Assembly (NCBI GenBank): GCA_000002435.2
Contig: CM018792.1
DNA length: 64,000 nt
Strand: one strand, 5' to 3'
Origin: Giardia intestinalis
Taxonomy: Eukaryota
A program made the translations under genes and the position numbers. This document shows positions 36,801-44,760 of this stretch, piece by piece. The notes under the pieces are model-generated. The model did no database searches. It was not told the origin of the DNA and saw only the letters and a program-made list of their open reading frames with translations. Each line of letters opens with the position of its first letter. The first letter of the stretch is position 1.

Positions 36801-39000
36801 TTCTGATAGCAACAGGTTAGCATTGCGGCCAGTATCTCAGAATCTTCACGCTTCTAACGCTCACTCCACCACTGACAACATCCCTTTGCTATCCCTCTCG
36901 GATAAGCAACAGCGTTTGGAGAATCTGATCTCTCATTCCATACATCCATTCCTCGTATCGAGCTGGAAGTTGACGAAGCAAAGACTCACACTAAATGCAT
37001 CTGGTCTGAATCCCAATAAAGGCTGGGTTATTCTGAGCATTATTGACGTAGCCCACTTCCTGCAGGGGATCGCGAAGATTATAAACGTGAGATCCACTAC
37101 GTCGTCATACGGAACTGATGCGCCTCAGGTGCGGCTTTATTGCAATGAGAACATTGTCTATGAGCCTCGCTCGCTTCAGAATACCGTCGCACACAGCAGG
37201 CTTCCAAAGACAATAAAGGAGACAGTCAAGCTGCGGCAAAACGTCCACGATCTATGGGTTAATATTGGTCTAGATGCAGCTGAGCGATCTCCCCTTGTGG
37301 GTATTCGCCACAGCACGAAAGAGCGACAAGGGTATATCATCCGGCGAAGTACTCAACACCACGATGATGAGATTAATAAATATGAAGGAGATCTGGATGT
37401 GACGAGAGCCCAAGTTTGTTCTAGAAAGGCCAATGGAAAGGTTGAGCTTAGGCTGAAGTCCCTCTTCGATCTCTTAGAAATTAAAAATAAGGATGTCTTT
37501 AATGCTGACAACGCCCCAGCCACCATGAATGTGGGTGGCAAGGAGATCTATGGTAACGACTGCTCTGACTTTAAGCAAAGCGGCCACAGCTCATCGGATG
37601 ACGGATATAACATTCCTTCAGGGTATAAGATCTTGAACACCTGCATGCCCGCAATGGGGGACATGGGTAAGCCTGTGTCAATATACCGTTTTTCTCGCAA
37701 CGCTCCCACAGGCGATTACTTCACTTTTCTGTATGCCAATTCTGTTGAAGGCAATAGAGCCGACTTCAAAGATAGTTTGGTCCCAGGAGACCAAAACTAT
37801 CTTGCCAATTGGTTAATTGAGACGGACAAGATAGAGCGGCCACAGGCCCAGATGGATGAGGTCATTGTACAGACCCAGGACTCTGTCAAGATAAAGCCAC
37901 TTCAGATTGATAGTGACGCAAAGGTTATGCCTAGCATACTTTCTACGGCGGCAATCTCCATCAACTCGCAAGCAAACTTGAAACGAGTGGGGTCCAGCAA
38001 CATATCTCATTCTGTGCTTCGCAGAAAGTCTGTCTCTGCGGCTAACATGTTTGCACTATATCCTCGGTCAGCCATTGGGCACATGTCAGAACCTTCTCCA
38101 CAGGCTCCAGTGGAGCAACCATTCGAGAATGTGTCTACTCCCTCTGTAAAACTTGATGATTATCAAATTGCGGCTGTCAATGAGGAGAATAGCATCGAAG
38201 GACTAAGTACTTTCCAAATAGAGCCTGTAACTAGCAACATGGATATGTCGTCAGAGCAGCAGACTGGGACTAACGACTTGAACGGCTATGACTTTCAGCT
38301 TGCCAGCTCAGAGATGGACAGTAAGGCGTTGACAGATGTTCATTGTTTCACCATCAGTACTCTTGTAAGTCAACCGTCGCTACCTGCACCACTCATTACT
38401 GAACAGGATAACAACAGCGAACCGGAGCATCCCAACGATGCAGAGAAAAGGCCTCTAGCAATGAAGAGCTGCACCACAGGCACCAGACCCTTGTTTCCGA
38501 CAATTACACGTCAAGACTATGAAGCAATGGAAAATGCACAGAGGCAGGCCTGTACAGAGGGCTTTGCTGATACAGGTGGCAATAGCACTCTTCAGGCTCT
38601 CTGTATAGATACGGGTGTCTACGTCAATCGAATGAGCTTTGAAGAACATGTGTTCATGCCGCACATCTTCCTCGAGATTCTCCTCGATCTGGTTGTCAAT
38701 GCAAGGCAATACTCTAAGCCCTCAATTGTCCGTGCTGCCCTATTTAACTGCCAAGAGTCGCTGTACCTTGTGGTCAATGATTGTGGAATAGGTCTTCCCA
38801 AGCAGTGCTGGCAGCATGCTTTCTTCCACCAGCAGGAGCTGGCAGATATCTCACAGTGCCTTGGGTCGGGTCTTGCCCGTGCCATCCTCATTACTCGTGC
38901 CTACGGCGGTATTATTAACGTAAGCTCGTGCAAGAACGGCGGAACTCGCCTCATACTCAAGATACCTCTTCCCAAGGAGTCAACATTTATCGACGCTTGA
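30835..39000 (+). CDS. Giant (2721 aa) protein: N-terminal Ser/Thr protein-kinase domain (NEK-like, slightly degenerate) plus a long low-complexity middle plus a C-terminal histidine-kinase-type ATPase (HATPase_c/GHKL) domain
   Basis: Kinase motifs: Gly-loop IGRGSFGSVY, VAIK-like FAAKIM, HRD-like VHADIKAANVL, DFG-like VLGDFSL, APE-like ASPD (about nt 30940-31970). C-terminal domain (about nt 38640-38990): N-box FLEILLDLVVNARQYS, G1 VNDCGIGLP, F-box HAFFHQ, G2 GSGLARAILITRAYGG, G3 NGGTRLILKIPLP. Confidence 0.8.
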   Translation: MDNKKLNKNPMPSGAFSFSQKSEINEHEYPQDKITHYIFGQCIGRGSFGSVYYCLHRESRNEFAAKIMSKRYLSKRFFIREFNTQGSEPLSGSDDAGQARAGASNQDTILSYLDLAYQEIEVMKTFRHPCLLRLYEVIQSTELDKLLMIMDLAEGPISSVAPNASHVNSNVVGMLRCIYNSTDLDNLLEYSSLCCTPMSLSFLRKAILHITLGLYALHSKDYVHADIKAANVLRLANGNFVLGDFSLTNHVSVTRTMSTVVSAAYASPDNRGLTKENDVWAFGVTLFMLLFGRHPASLCLHILVSKLPPPEDGGIIISPNPLKRLNHWSDVLREAPDALTNILNVNTASPHATVIQIIVGCLELDYKKRFTVPMIYDLIIGDHIKNTCYRVTNKFTLRLMLNFYKIQSSIILGSGLPPHLTDPSITSRFKVDIWRNAMQRHQFYKAGEDLELDLSLPLTQMILKKNYVTFLTDMVSTMDPSNEHSASFLISLALMGTDGDLDVYFYSKFIRLFLWGVSSKRTMDTYWSDIAYLLYNNMNYKRLHTSRTLKELNFPSIHSTDSEDSEEQHVMLLGKLEQELAPEICNLDMGCSPLFEFEQRNHYFVKDMFWNFPLNASFARTRILLMDQGLRPPQLVFYEMCMLKHDLSKSHGLATSLYASKSDKKGNSSDPQARFRSACASVVKRLTANDSSATSFLTGANYGSSALNTEGGKDADAMHFVEEDAYGMKGYDGGNLLSSTLGVMSGTGEPHCHGPAASAIKGVPSTLGDGASSASALAEDLFEEEIDLAKLSSLFSKQYISEQDIAGTGLYVDNFSFGSGEKASKNKVCVVAGGKADPSATAPFMKDLFNLDSRKDQNSMLGLGSFSLSTLQHRKASPAKKKTLHVNSAGQRKEGTSQADAHTPSDATDKKQLLSDSSSDDGDIVAVAASDSDDMDRAFGLEEEAAKKSGTSNGSDISDDDSDIEFVGSNSDNMDAAFGLISSSDESDVQDIMDMTDSSSEGDDYSDGYSSDGDIVAIGSDSEEMDAAFGLEKEPVKRESKQLSAPVSKPQPEARGSFDSLMVPETVSGEKRMEKPKPKMTLIAQSFDAFDEALEDKYMESLPDDEKQLYSVGGPLSYPLIGTGTVLPPNDDEGIQEVPLRAQGAENTFSFGSFASLRDSAMQLFSKRPLSDQQAQDAHSDAIETIGEDSTLILEPLVGVDRQKGGTLHNSFTSEGRAGNHIDSVSLKDPTYELKDKDTSPLTCMSVGKLDMGLDIDDEESNVFSQPFQMLSLTVDKSVKRLDAVSVMDPLTSEIHDTQASSQEAFALDINPEDSESIDRGINIGFAQNLPEDAGALTNQDDNFDCLHLSFHNDNIEYPHSDSHLSSREHHDDIIANANISNSSGEYDQSLRVGHVAHMAISQDSDEKVNAYLKDSEMHIPEEHMALLMTRTVILLIYSTWAVLQRFGHRYSKSMSLADAYSKFHILVDQVLSEGTHLYGKWREYKDKAQASKSTNEEVDPRVRMLLKYGTDKAHPYALTRTLATNILSVGRAYIQALCEELGTPTSFDDDWVSWPLLVNDCTQLHEVDLDSFLRFTPDNYKTYLQNKLTGSVRNSSFSQLTDASAFDQQNSSFSGSMEFFDNPMLPLENNTLAYDVHFGKSSVMATLPSISFSKNQTTTGLLSRGPSALPPGRNSVSGSRSVSTNLSVHDKLVCSLLHPQVVTDHSVIFQSHSNNLNNNELMKRKCASCSDFSLMADAAHSTEALLHASSVPLTKLNGFQDLLDPPSDDLASDSNVNAIEPHVSQVNRVSLDADESYAKTAEGSFIEQNVPATIDYCTTTSADSSLPHSLRSRSTFCGLSLCTERLRLIENSANFDVPLTFQSRSVSLRHKARAPHKMSRLSLHTHQRHHYGIRPIVEIVKTPSIMDSSISTSPTNVSLTEEQNVGKEKGDDGLFELSAQSSSLETDNLKIELITNDVVDLITPLKVSSGQVRSSSQEKCTRDSPLENSDSNRLALRPVSQNLHASNAHSTTDNIPLLSLSDKQQRLENLISHSIHPFLVSSWKLTKQRLTLNASGLNPNKGWVILSIIDVAHFLQGIAKIINVRSTTSSYGTDAPQVRLYCNENIVYEPRSLQNTVAHSRLPKTIKETVKLRQNVHDLWVNIGLDAAERSPLVGIRHSTKERQGYIIRRSTQHHDDEINKYEGDLDVTRAQVCSRKANGKVELRLKSLFDLLEIKNKDVFNADNAPATMNVGGKEIYGNDCSDFKQSGHSSSDDGYNIPSGYKILNTCMPAMGDMGKPVSIYRFSRNAPTGDYFTFLYANSVEGNRADFKDSLVPGDQNYLANWLIETDKIERPQAQMDEVIVQTQDSVKIKPLQIDSDAKVMPSILSTAAISINSQANLKRVGSSNISHSVLRRKSVSAANMFALYPRSAIGHMSEPSPQAPVEQPFENVSTPSVKLDDYQIAAVNEENSIEGLSTFQIEPVTSNMDMSSEQQTGTNDLNGYDFQLASSEMDSKALTDVHCFTISTLVSQPSLPAPLITEQDNNSEPEHPNDAEKRPLAMKSCTTGTRPLFPTITRQDYEAMENAQRQACTEGFADTGGNSTLQALCIDTGVYVNRMSFEEHVFMPHIFLEILLDLVVNARQYSKPSIVRAALFNCQESLYLVVNDCGIGLPKQCWQHAFFHQQELADISQCLGSGLARAILITRAYGGIINVSSCKNGGTRLILKIPLPKESTFIDA
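33585..33940 (+). repeat. Three acidic coding repeats inside the giant kinase gene (consensus ..SDDGDIVA[VI][AG]SDS[DE][DE]MD[RA]AFGLE..)
   Basis: SSSDDGDIVAVAASDSDDMDRAFGLEEE, DDSDIEFVGSNSDNMDAAFGLISS and SDGDIVAIGSDSEEMDAAFGLEKE, spaced about 130 nt apart. Confidence 0.6.
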
Positions 39001-39080
39001 TCTTCACCGTACGGAGCGTAGCTATCTAAAAACCTCAGTATTTAAATCAAAGTCTAATTGTATTAGAAGCAATCTGCACC

Positions 39081-39677
39081 ATGAGAAGTAAATTGTTAAT
39101 GATAATTCTAGTTCCGGCGCCGCTTCTTCGTGGCTGGAGAATCCTGACCCTACAGGCCCAGCGCTGGCACAGAACAGTGATCTATCTGCTTCGCCCCCTT
39201 TACCTCATCAGGTATATCTCTCTTCTCATTCTAGGACTTATCTTCATCTTTCGCTACCTCTTGGTAATCAAGAACATGCTCCCAATATTCCAGTTTATTA
39301 CTTTTCTATTGACTGTCTGGACTGGAGAGTGCATGAAAGCCCGCTACTCTGGAATTTACGAGTTACGCCCTCTCCTTATAGACGAGCCCTGGAATAACCT
39401 CAATCAGACGTTTACTGATAAATATGTTTTCTACGAGGCAGACGTGTGGATTAAGCTTTTCACGTCCAACGTTCTGGCGATCATCATGAGCTTCACAGAA
39501 CTCGGAAAGAGAGGCCTTCGCCTTCTTCCATTTGTGTTTTCACTGATAGCTGATGTTCTTCTCCAGATACTGAGACCATATGGGAAGTTTCGAGCCATGG
39601 GCTACAACAAGGGCTTGTTGCACTGCATCATAGACAGCTGCCAATACATGAACAGGGCTCTCCGGAACCGACTTTAG
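39081..39677 (+). CDS. Hypothetical small membrane protein (198 aa, three to four predicted TM helices)
   Basis: ATG with an AT-rich stretch upstream (TATTTAAATCAAAGTCTAATTGTATTAG). Hydrophobic segments LLMIILVPAPLL, ISLLILGLIFIFRYLLVI, IFQFITFLLTVW and VLAIIMSF. No family recognised. Confidence 0.4.
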   Translation: MRSKLLMIILVPAPLLRGWRILTLQAQRWHRTVIYLLRPLYLIRYISLLILGLIFIFRYLLVIKNMLPIFQFITFLLTVWTGECMKARYSGIYELRPLLIDEPWNNLNQTFTDKYVFYEADVWIKLFTSNVLAIIMSFTELGKRGLRLLPFVFSLIADVLLQILRPYGKFRAMGYNKGLLHCIIDSCQYMNRALRNRL

Positions 39678-39680
39678 TCA

Positions 39681-42600
39681 CTAGACGTCATCTTCTGCTA
39701 CCACATATAAGCTATTGACCTTGATAATGTCACGGAATATTGCATCGTGGACAGCAGTTAACCGTGCCTTCAAACGCTCGTCCCCAATGACTTCCACCGC
39801 GATTATTAGCTGGTCGACAAGGTTTATTAGACGCCTGAACATCCTTACTATGTTCCCTTCGAATTGGCTCCGGTCTATGTCGAGGATCTCCTGAAATGTC
39901 TGACCTGCCGCCCATGAAAAAGCAATTACCGCTGTGGTGTCGTCCACGATGTGATCAACTGTTGTGCAGCGCAACTCTAACGTTGTGTCCTCTGTTGCAC
40001 AATCCTTTAGCAACATAGATACAATCTGTTTTAGCTTCGTCAACGCTTGAGACAGCTTCGGGTCCATCTGGAGTTGGTTACTCTTCGATGATCCCGATGC
40101 TCCAGTTCCCTCTCCGAGAAGGGAGGCCAAGACGCCAGCGAGGACTCGTGGAGTTAGGTCAGTGAATTGGGCCTCAAACAGACACTCAACGAGTATTACC
40201 TCATTTGCAGAGCTAACATGACATGCAACACGCCCCTTGTCTGTGAGAAGGTATGCAGCTTCGCTATCTGTGGCCCCAGGAATTTCTTCTATGAAGTGTT
40301 CACGGCGCAAGAAGTTTTTCAACTTTACCAGCTCTGAGCTCAGTATAAGGTCGTCGGCTTCTTGGATATATTGCTTAAATATCTGCTTTTTGGCATCTCG
40401 TCTCATACAATTGAGCATGAGAGAAAAAATCATACCCGATACCTCCAGCTGACCGGAGGCATCCTCATCATGTGGAGAGTTATCGATGTATTCCTTCACC
40501 ATTTGATAAACAATCAGCTGTTCTTCTTTTAATGCCTGCTCGTTGGTGTCTTCCATGCGCGTCGAAATCTTAGCATAAATTGCAGGAGAGCACACGGCAT
40601 TAAGCACTCTATGTAGAGTGGGCGCACTGTGTGCTGGTGATGAGAGTATACGCGTCAGAATCCCATATTCGTTGTCGCAAGTGATAGCATGTTCAACTAA
40701 CTTTATGTTACAGTCTAGATCGTTAACCTCTGATGTAACGTCGGCATAGGCCAACTCAGAAAGGTTAACGTGCGGCTCCATAAGATCAGCTAGAGTAGAG
40801 GGGAAGCTGTGAGATTCGTCTGATGGTATGAGAGAGGCTATCATTTGATAATAGAAAAACATTGCCTCGGACTTATCATCATACCTAGAAAGGCTTTCCG
40901 GTATGGTCTTTAATATCTTTCCAGAAGCCCTTCGGATTGCTCTCACCGGAACGCGAACAATTACACAAGCTGTTGCTTCTATTTCGCTCCAGAGATGTTC
41001 ATGCAGCTTTCCTTTCATCTGCTTCTTCTTAGACGATGCCCCACACTTGTCGATTGCTGTCAGGACACTGAGAAGGACGTCTCGAGGAGCAAGCATCTGA
41101 TAGGACGCCTTGTTTTCACGCACGAATGGCTGGAGAGGATCAATGAACGAGTACTCATAAAGATTTTGTGGGGTGATGGACTCTGAGGAGTCATTAGCGT
41201 AAATGAGGTCATTTATATCTGCATGTGACACTTTCTGCTTTTCGACTGGTTTGGAACCTACCTTTCGAAGTGGCCTCCTTTTTACAGGGGGTTGACTCTC
41301 GTCAGCAGATGCGTCTTGGGCATCAGCTGGGCTATCCTGCTTTTGCAAGGTCGACATATATTCTTGATAGTATGGCTTGTTAATTAGTGCAGCGTGGGCA
41401 AGCTCTTTATCAACTCCTCTCGAGCTAAGCGAAGAAGGGACGGTGTCGCTAAACGCAATTAAGTGTGTTTCTGAAGCATTAGTGTACTTCGCCGGGACGG
41501 AGCCGAGAGAACAGGGAACCAAACAATCCACAAAGCTGTCAGAGCCTAGTCTTGTAACTTTCAGGACTGGTACCCACCCCAGGTCCAACCCATCGGCATG
41601 CACATGAACTATTCGTCCGCGAACTAATAACTGCTTCATAGAGTCTTGGGACAACAAACGAGACCAATCCACATAGTAACTAGTCTTGAGTGCAAAGAGA
41701 TTAACATACTCAGTCAAGAGACCGTATAACCTTTGAGCATCCCAAGATGCTAGGTTTGCAAGTGACTGAAGCATATCTGGACCAAAGAATTGAGCGAGCT
41801 GCTCATACTCTCCGAAGGCTCTATGCAGGACATTAAGTATGCTTAGTAAAAGTCTGCCCAGTTGCGTTTTATCTACGGCATTGGCATTCTCTAGTGCAAG
41901 GATCTTGTCTATGCAGCGCGGCAACCTAAATAACTGCTGGAACTGCAAGAACGACCGCTTAATCACCTGCTCAGGAGAGGTATCTTCTATTTGCATCAAT
42001 TTAAGGACACTATTAAAAGAGAGTCTATATGCACTGTTTAGTGGTTCAGTGGTTCCTTGAATTACCTTTACAATGTTGTCACATTCGTCTGCTGTGCTGA
42101 ACATGCATATTGACATGCCCTGTTTGTCTATTCCTCGCCGGCCAGCGCGACCAGCCATCTGAACATACTCACCAGCAGTCACTAATCTGGAAGTCAATCC
42201 GTCGAACTTTTTAAATTCAGAAAAAATAATCGCACGAGCAGGAAGATTCAGGCCCATAGCGAATGTTTCGGTCGCATACAGAATCTTCACTAGCCCCTCA
42301 ACAAACAGTATTTCTATAATCTCCTTTGCCCAGGGAAGTAACCCTGAATGGTGGACTGCGATTCCTCGTCGTAACATGCCACGAAGAACGACAATAGGTC
42401 TTAAGTTGCGATCTTCTTCTGGAAGGCACTTGAGCGCTGCGTCAAATATATTATCTATAACACGTGTTTGTTCAGGAGTCACCAAGCTCTGTATAACGGG
42501 AGGCTGCGCTTGAGTGGCCTGCTGGTTATCCTGTGGAATCAATGCCTGGGGTTCTTCACCGTAAGTCCGCTGCAAGGGTGGCCGGGAGGTGGCTCTTTGC

Positions 42601-43766
42601 CCATTATTAAAGTAGTCACTGATAAAGTCCATGGCGTACGTCTCACATTTCTTTTTCCCAAAGGCAAACACAATAAGGGGGAAGCAATCTCGTGCTATGA
42701 GGTTTTTCATTACTTTATGAAGAGTATCGCGAACGGCCTTCTGCTGCTGCTTCTTGTTTGAGTGGCCGCTGGTTCCTTCTTCTTCCCCGCGAGCTACTGC
42801 TTGAGCATTATCATGAGGGAGATTTGCTTTTGCTTTTATAACCTGATCATGTCTGATTTTATTTTTGTCAATAGATGAACAAATAGGGTACAGGCCATCT
42901 CCTCCTACTGGACAAAGGAAGTGCATAAGGGGTACTGGGCGATATTGGGTGTACACCACGTGCACCGGTATGGAGTGTAGAGACGCCACCCACCCAGCAA
43001 ACTCGGATGCATTGGGCACCGTCGCCGAGAGGAAACAGAACTGAATGTTAGAACTGAGCATGGCAATACAGTCTTCCCAAACCAAGCCACGCTCGCTGTT
43101 CCGCATGTAATGAACTTCATCAAAAATAACATATCCTATCTCTCTCAGGAGTTCTGCACCTTGATGTAGCATATTACGCAGTATCTCAGTGGTCATAACC
43201 AAGACCCCAGCCGTTCTATTCAGGGTGGTGTCCCCAGTCATGATACCAACAGACCCCTTGGTGTATGCTGCAAGCTTTAGGTCCTGGTACTTTTGGTTTG
43301 ATAAAGCCTTTATTGGGGTAGTATAAACCACACGTTGATTTTGAGCTAGTGCCGTTGCAATAATGTACTCTGCCACGGTCGTCTTTCCTGCACTGGTGTG
43401 AGCTGCAACAAGAACAGAGTGACCGATATGTAGGGCACCAATAGCTCGACGCTGGAAGGGATCGAGCTCGTACGGAAACTTGACCGGTAACTCCGCCGGA
43501 GGTTCACAGGTATAAATCTTGTTGGCAGGATCTCTGGGGATCTCATATCCGTGTGGGAAAACAACAGAATGGTGAATCTTCTTGAGAGGATCTTCGGTTG
43601 CTGACTCGCTAACGTCCACCACAATGGGCAGCTTCTTGGTCTGCTCTAGGAGCCCTTGGTCCATGAGCACGGCCTGCAGCTGTTCCCTGATGTTATCCAC
43701 ATTAGTGGCTTCTCTGGAACCCCCCTCAGGGCTGCTATTCTCGTCCCGACCCAGTAATGCAATCAT
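39681..43766 (-). CDS. Ski2/Mtr4-family DExH RNA helicase (1361 aa)
   Basis: Motif I AHTSAGKTTVAEY, motif Ia/Ib MTGDTTLNRTAGVLVMTTEILRNMLHQG, motif II DEVHYMRNSERGLVWE, motif III LSATVPNASEFAGWV and motif VI QMAGRAGRRGID. A long helical C-terminal region is consistent with an arch/DSHCT architecture. Confidence 0.9.
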   Translation of the reverse strand: MIALLGRDENSSPEGGSREATNVDNIREQLQAVLMDQGLLEQTKKLPIVVDVSESATEDPLKKIHHSVVFPHGYEIPRDPANKIYTCEPPAELPVKFPYELDPFQRRAIGALHIGHSVLVAAHTSAGKTTVAEYIIATALAQNQRVVYTTPIKALSNQKYQDLKLAAYTKGSVGIMTGDTTLNRTAGVLVMTTEILRNMLHQGAELLREIGYVIFDEVHYMRNSERGLVWEDCIAMLSSNIQFCFLSATVPNASEFAGWVASLHSIPVHVVYTQYRPVPLMHFLCPVGGDGLYPICSSIDKNKIRHDQVIKAKANLPHDNAQAVARGEEEGTSGHSNKKQQQKAVRDTLHKVMKNLIARDCFPLIVFAFGKKKCETYAMDFISDYFNNGQRATSRPPLQRTYGEEPQALIPQDNQQATQAQPPVIQSLVTPEQTRVIDNIFDAALKCLPEEDRNLRPIVVLRGMLRRGIAVHHSGLLPWAKEIIEILFVEGLVKILYATETFAMGLNLPARAIIFSEFKKFDGLTSRLVTAGEYVQMAGRAGRRGIDKQGMSICMFSTADECDNIVKVIQGTTEPLNSAYRLSFNSVLKLMQIEDTSPEQVIKRSFLQFQQLFRLPRCIDKILALENANAVDKTQLGRLLLSILNVLHRAFGEYEQLAQFFGPDMLQSLANLASWDAQRLYGLLTEYVNLFALKTSYYVDWSRLLSQDSMKQLLVRGRIVHVHADGLDLGWVPVLKVTRLGSDSFVDCLVPCSLGSVPAKYTNASETHLIAFSDTVPSSLSSRGVDKELAHAALINKPYYQEYMSTLQKQDSPADAQDASADESQPPVKRRPLRKVGSKPVEKQKVSHADINDLIYANDSSESITPQNLYEYSFIDPLQPFVRENKASYQMLAPRDVLLSVLTAIDKCGASSKKKQMKGKLHEHLWSEIEATACVIVRVPVRAIRRASGKILKTIPESLSRYDDKSEAMFFYYQMIASLIPSDESHSFPSTLADLMEPHVNLSELAYADVTSEVNDLDCNIKLVEHAITCDNEYGILTRILSSPAHSAPTLHRVLNAVCSPAIYAKISTRMEDTNEQALKEEQLIVYQMVKEYIDNSPHDEDASGQLEVSGMIFSLMLNCMRRDAKKQIFKQYIQEADDLILSSELVKLKNFLRREHFIEEIPGATDSEAAYLLTDKGRVACHVSSANEVILVECLFEAQFTDLTPRVLAGVLASLLGEGTGASGSSKSNQLQMDPKLSQALTKLKQIVSMLLKDCATEDTTLELRCTTVDHIVDDTTAVIAFSWAAGQTFQEILDIDRSQFEGNIVRMFRRLINLVDQLIIAVEVIGDERLKARLTAVHDAIFRDIIKVNSLYVVAEDDV

Positions 43767-43792
43767 TTAGAGAAATGAAAAGAAAAATTAAA
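43767..43792. promoter_or_regulatory. 26-bp AT-rich element shared by the divergent Ski2-like helicase (ATG at 43766, minus) and eIF4E (ATG at 43793, plus)
   Basis: AGAGAAATGAAAAGAAAAATTAAA lies between the two start codons. Two further in-frame ATGs of the plus gene (43757, 43775) sit inside or upstream of the minus gene's start. Confidence 0.5.
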
Positions 43793-44599
43793 ATGGAGGA
43801 GTCGGGGCCTCGAACACCCTCTGAATGGTCTTTGTCCTTCCACGTCAACCTCCGCCGTGAAAAGCAGAGTTATAAGGTAAACGACTTTAGAACGTCTACC
43901 CTCCGTATTTGTGACTACACATCTGATCTCGACAAACTGCTTTGCTACTTGAATACAATTCCTTCCATTCAGGAAATGGTCCAGGGGTCCATCTCCCTGT
44001 TCCGCGATAACATTGAAAACCTATGGGAAGACCCTAAAAATGAGGGAGGCACCATATTACGTTTTATGTGTTGCAAGAAGGGCGTACACAGAGAGAGCGA
44101 GATTCATGGTGAGAATAACGATCAGGAACGCCAGGATACCCAGAAGAGGTTTATGGGGTCCGCCCCTAACTCGGGTAAGTATACATCTCAAAAGTCTCAA
44201 ACTCCTACGCCAGTACTAGAGGTAGAGAAGATAACAGATCTGTGGAAGCTGTTGCTTGCCCTCATTCTTTCATCAGCCTTTGAGAAGAGCCCTTCTGAGC
44301 AATCCAGTCGGGCAATTAACGGCATATATTGCAAGGTGTCAAAGGAGGGCACCGTTACGTTTGAGATCTGGTTCAGCAGTTATGGTGGAAGCAACTCCAA
44401 GCAGAAGACCGTAAATAGTGTGAAAAGTCTGCTCACTGACATCTTTAACAGCCCCGAGCTAAAAGATTATGAGAGTGGGGCGGAGTCAGAAGGAAAAGGG
44501 TCTGGAATTAGTATTGCATCTACCTTTAAAGTTACCGAGTTAATCCTCAACGCCCCGAATAAGCATAAGGCAGGGATGCGCTCATCCATGTCTCATTAG
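43793..44599 (+). CDS. Translation initiation factor eIF4E family
   Basis: WSLSFHVN (eIF4E WALWFFKN), LFRDNIENLWEDPKNEGGTILRF (eIF4E LFKDGIEPMWEDEKNKRGGRW) and a later W..LLL..I motif. I chose the start at the third in-frame ATG (43793), which follows the AT-rich stretch; 43757 and 43775 are alternatives. Confidence 0.75.
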   Translation: MEESGPRTPSEWSLSFHVNLRREKQSYKVNDFRTSTLRICDYTSDLDKLLCYLNTIPSIQEMVQGSISLFRDNIENLWEDPKNEGGTILRFMCCKKGVHRESEIHGENNDQERQDTQKRFMGSAPNSGKYTSQKSQTPTPVLEVEKITDLWKLLLALILSSAFEKSPSEQSSRAINGIYCKVSKEGTVTFEIWFSSYGGSNSKQKTVNSVKSLLTDIFNSPELKDYESGAESEGKGSGISIASTFKVTELILNAPNKHKAGMRSSMSH

Positions 44600-44760
44600 A
44601 TGTAAATGTGAGTGCGATGACCTATGCATGCACGGCTGTTAAGGCACGGGTACGCACAGGCTCCAACGGTAAATTTGCTAAAGATGAGTGCTCATCAAGA
44701 AAGTGACACAATGTCCTTCTCGCTTACCAATGAGGAGAAGAGGCTTCTGGCTTGCATATG

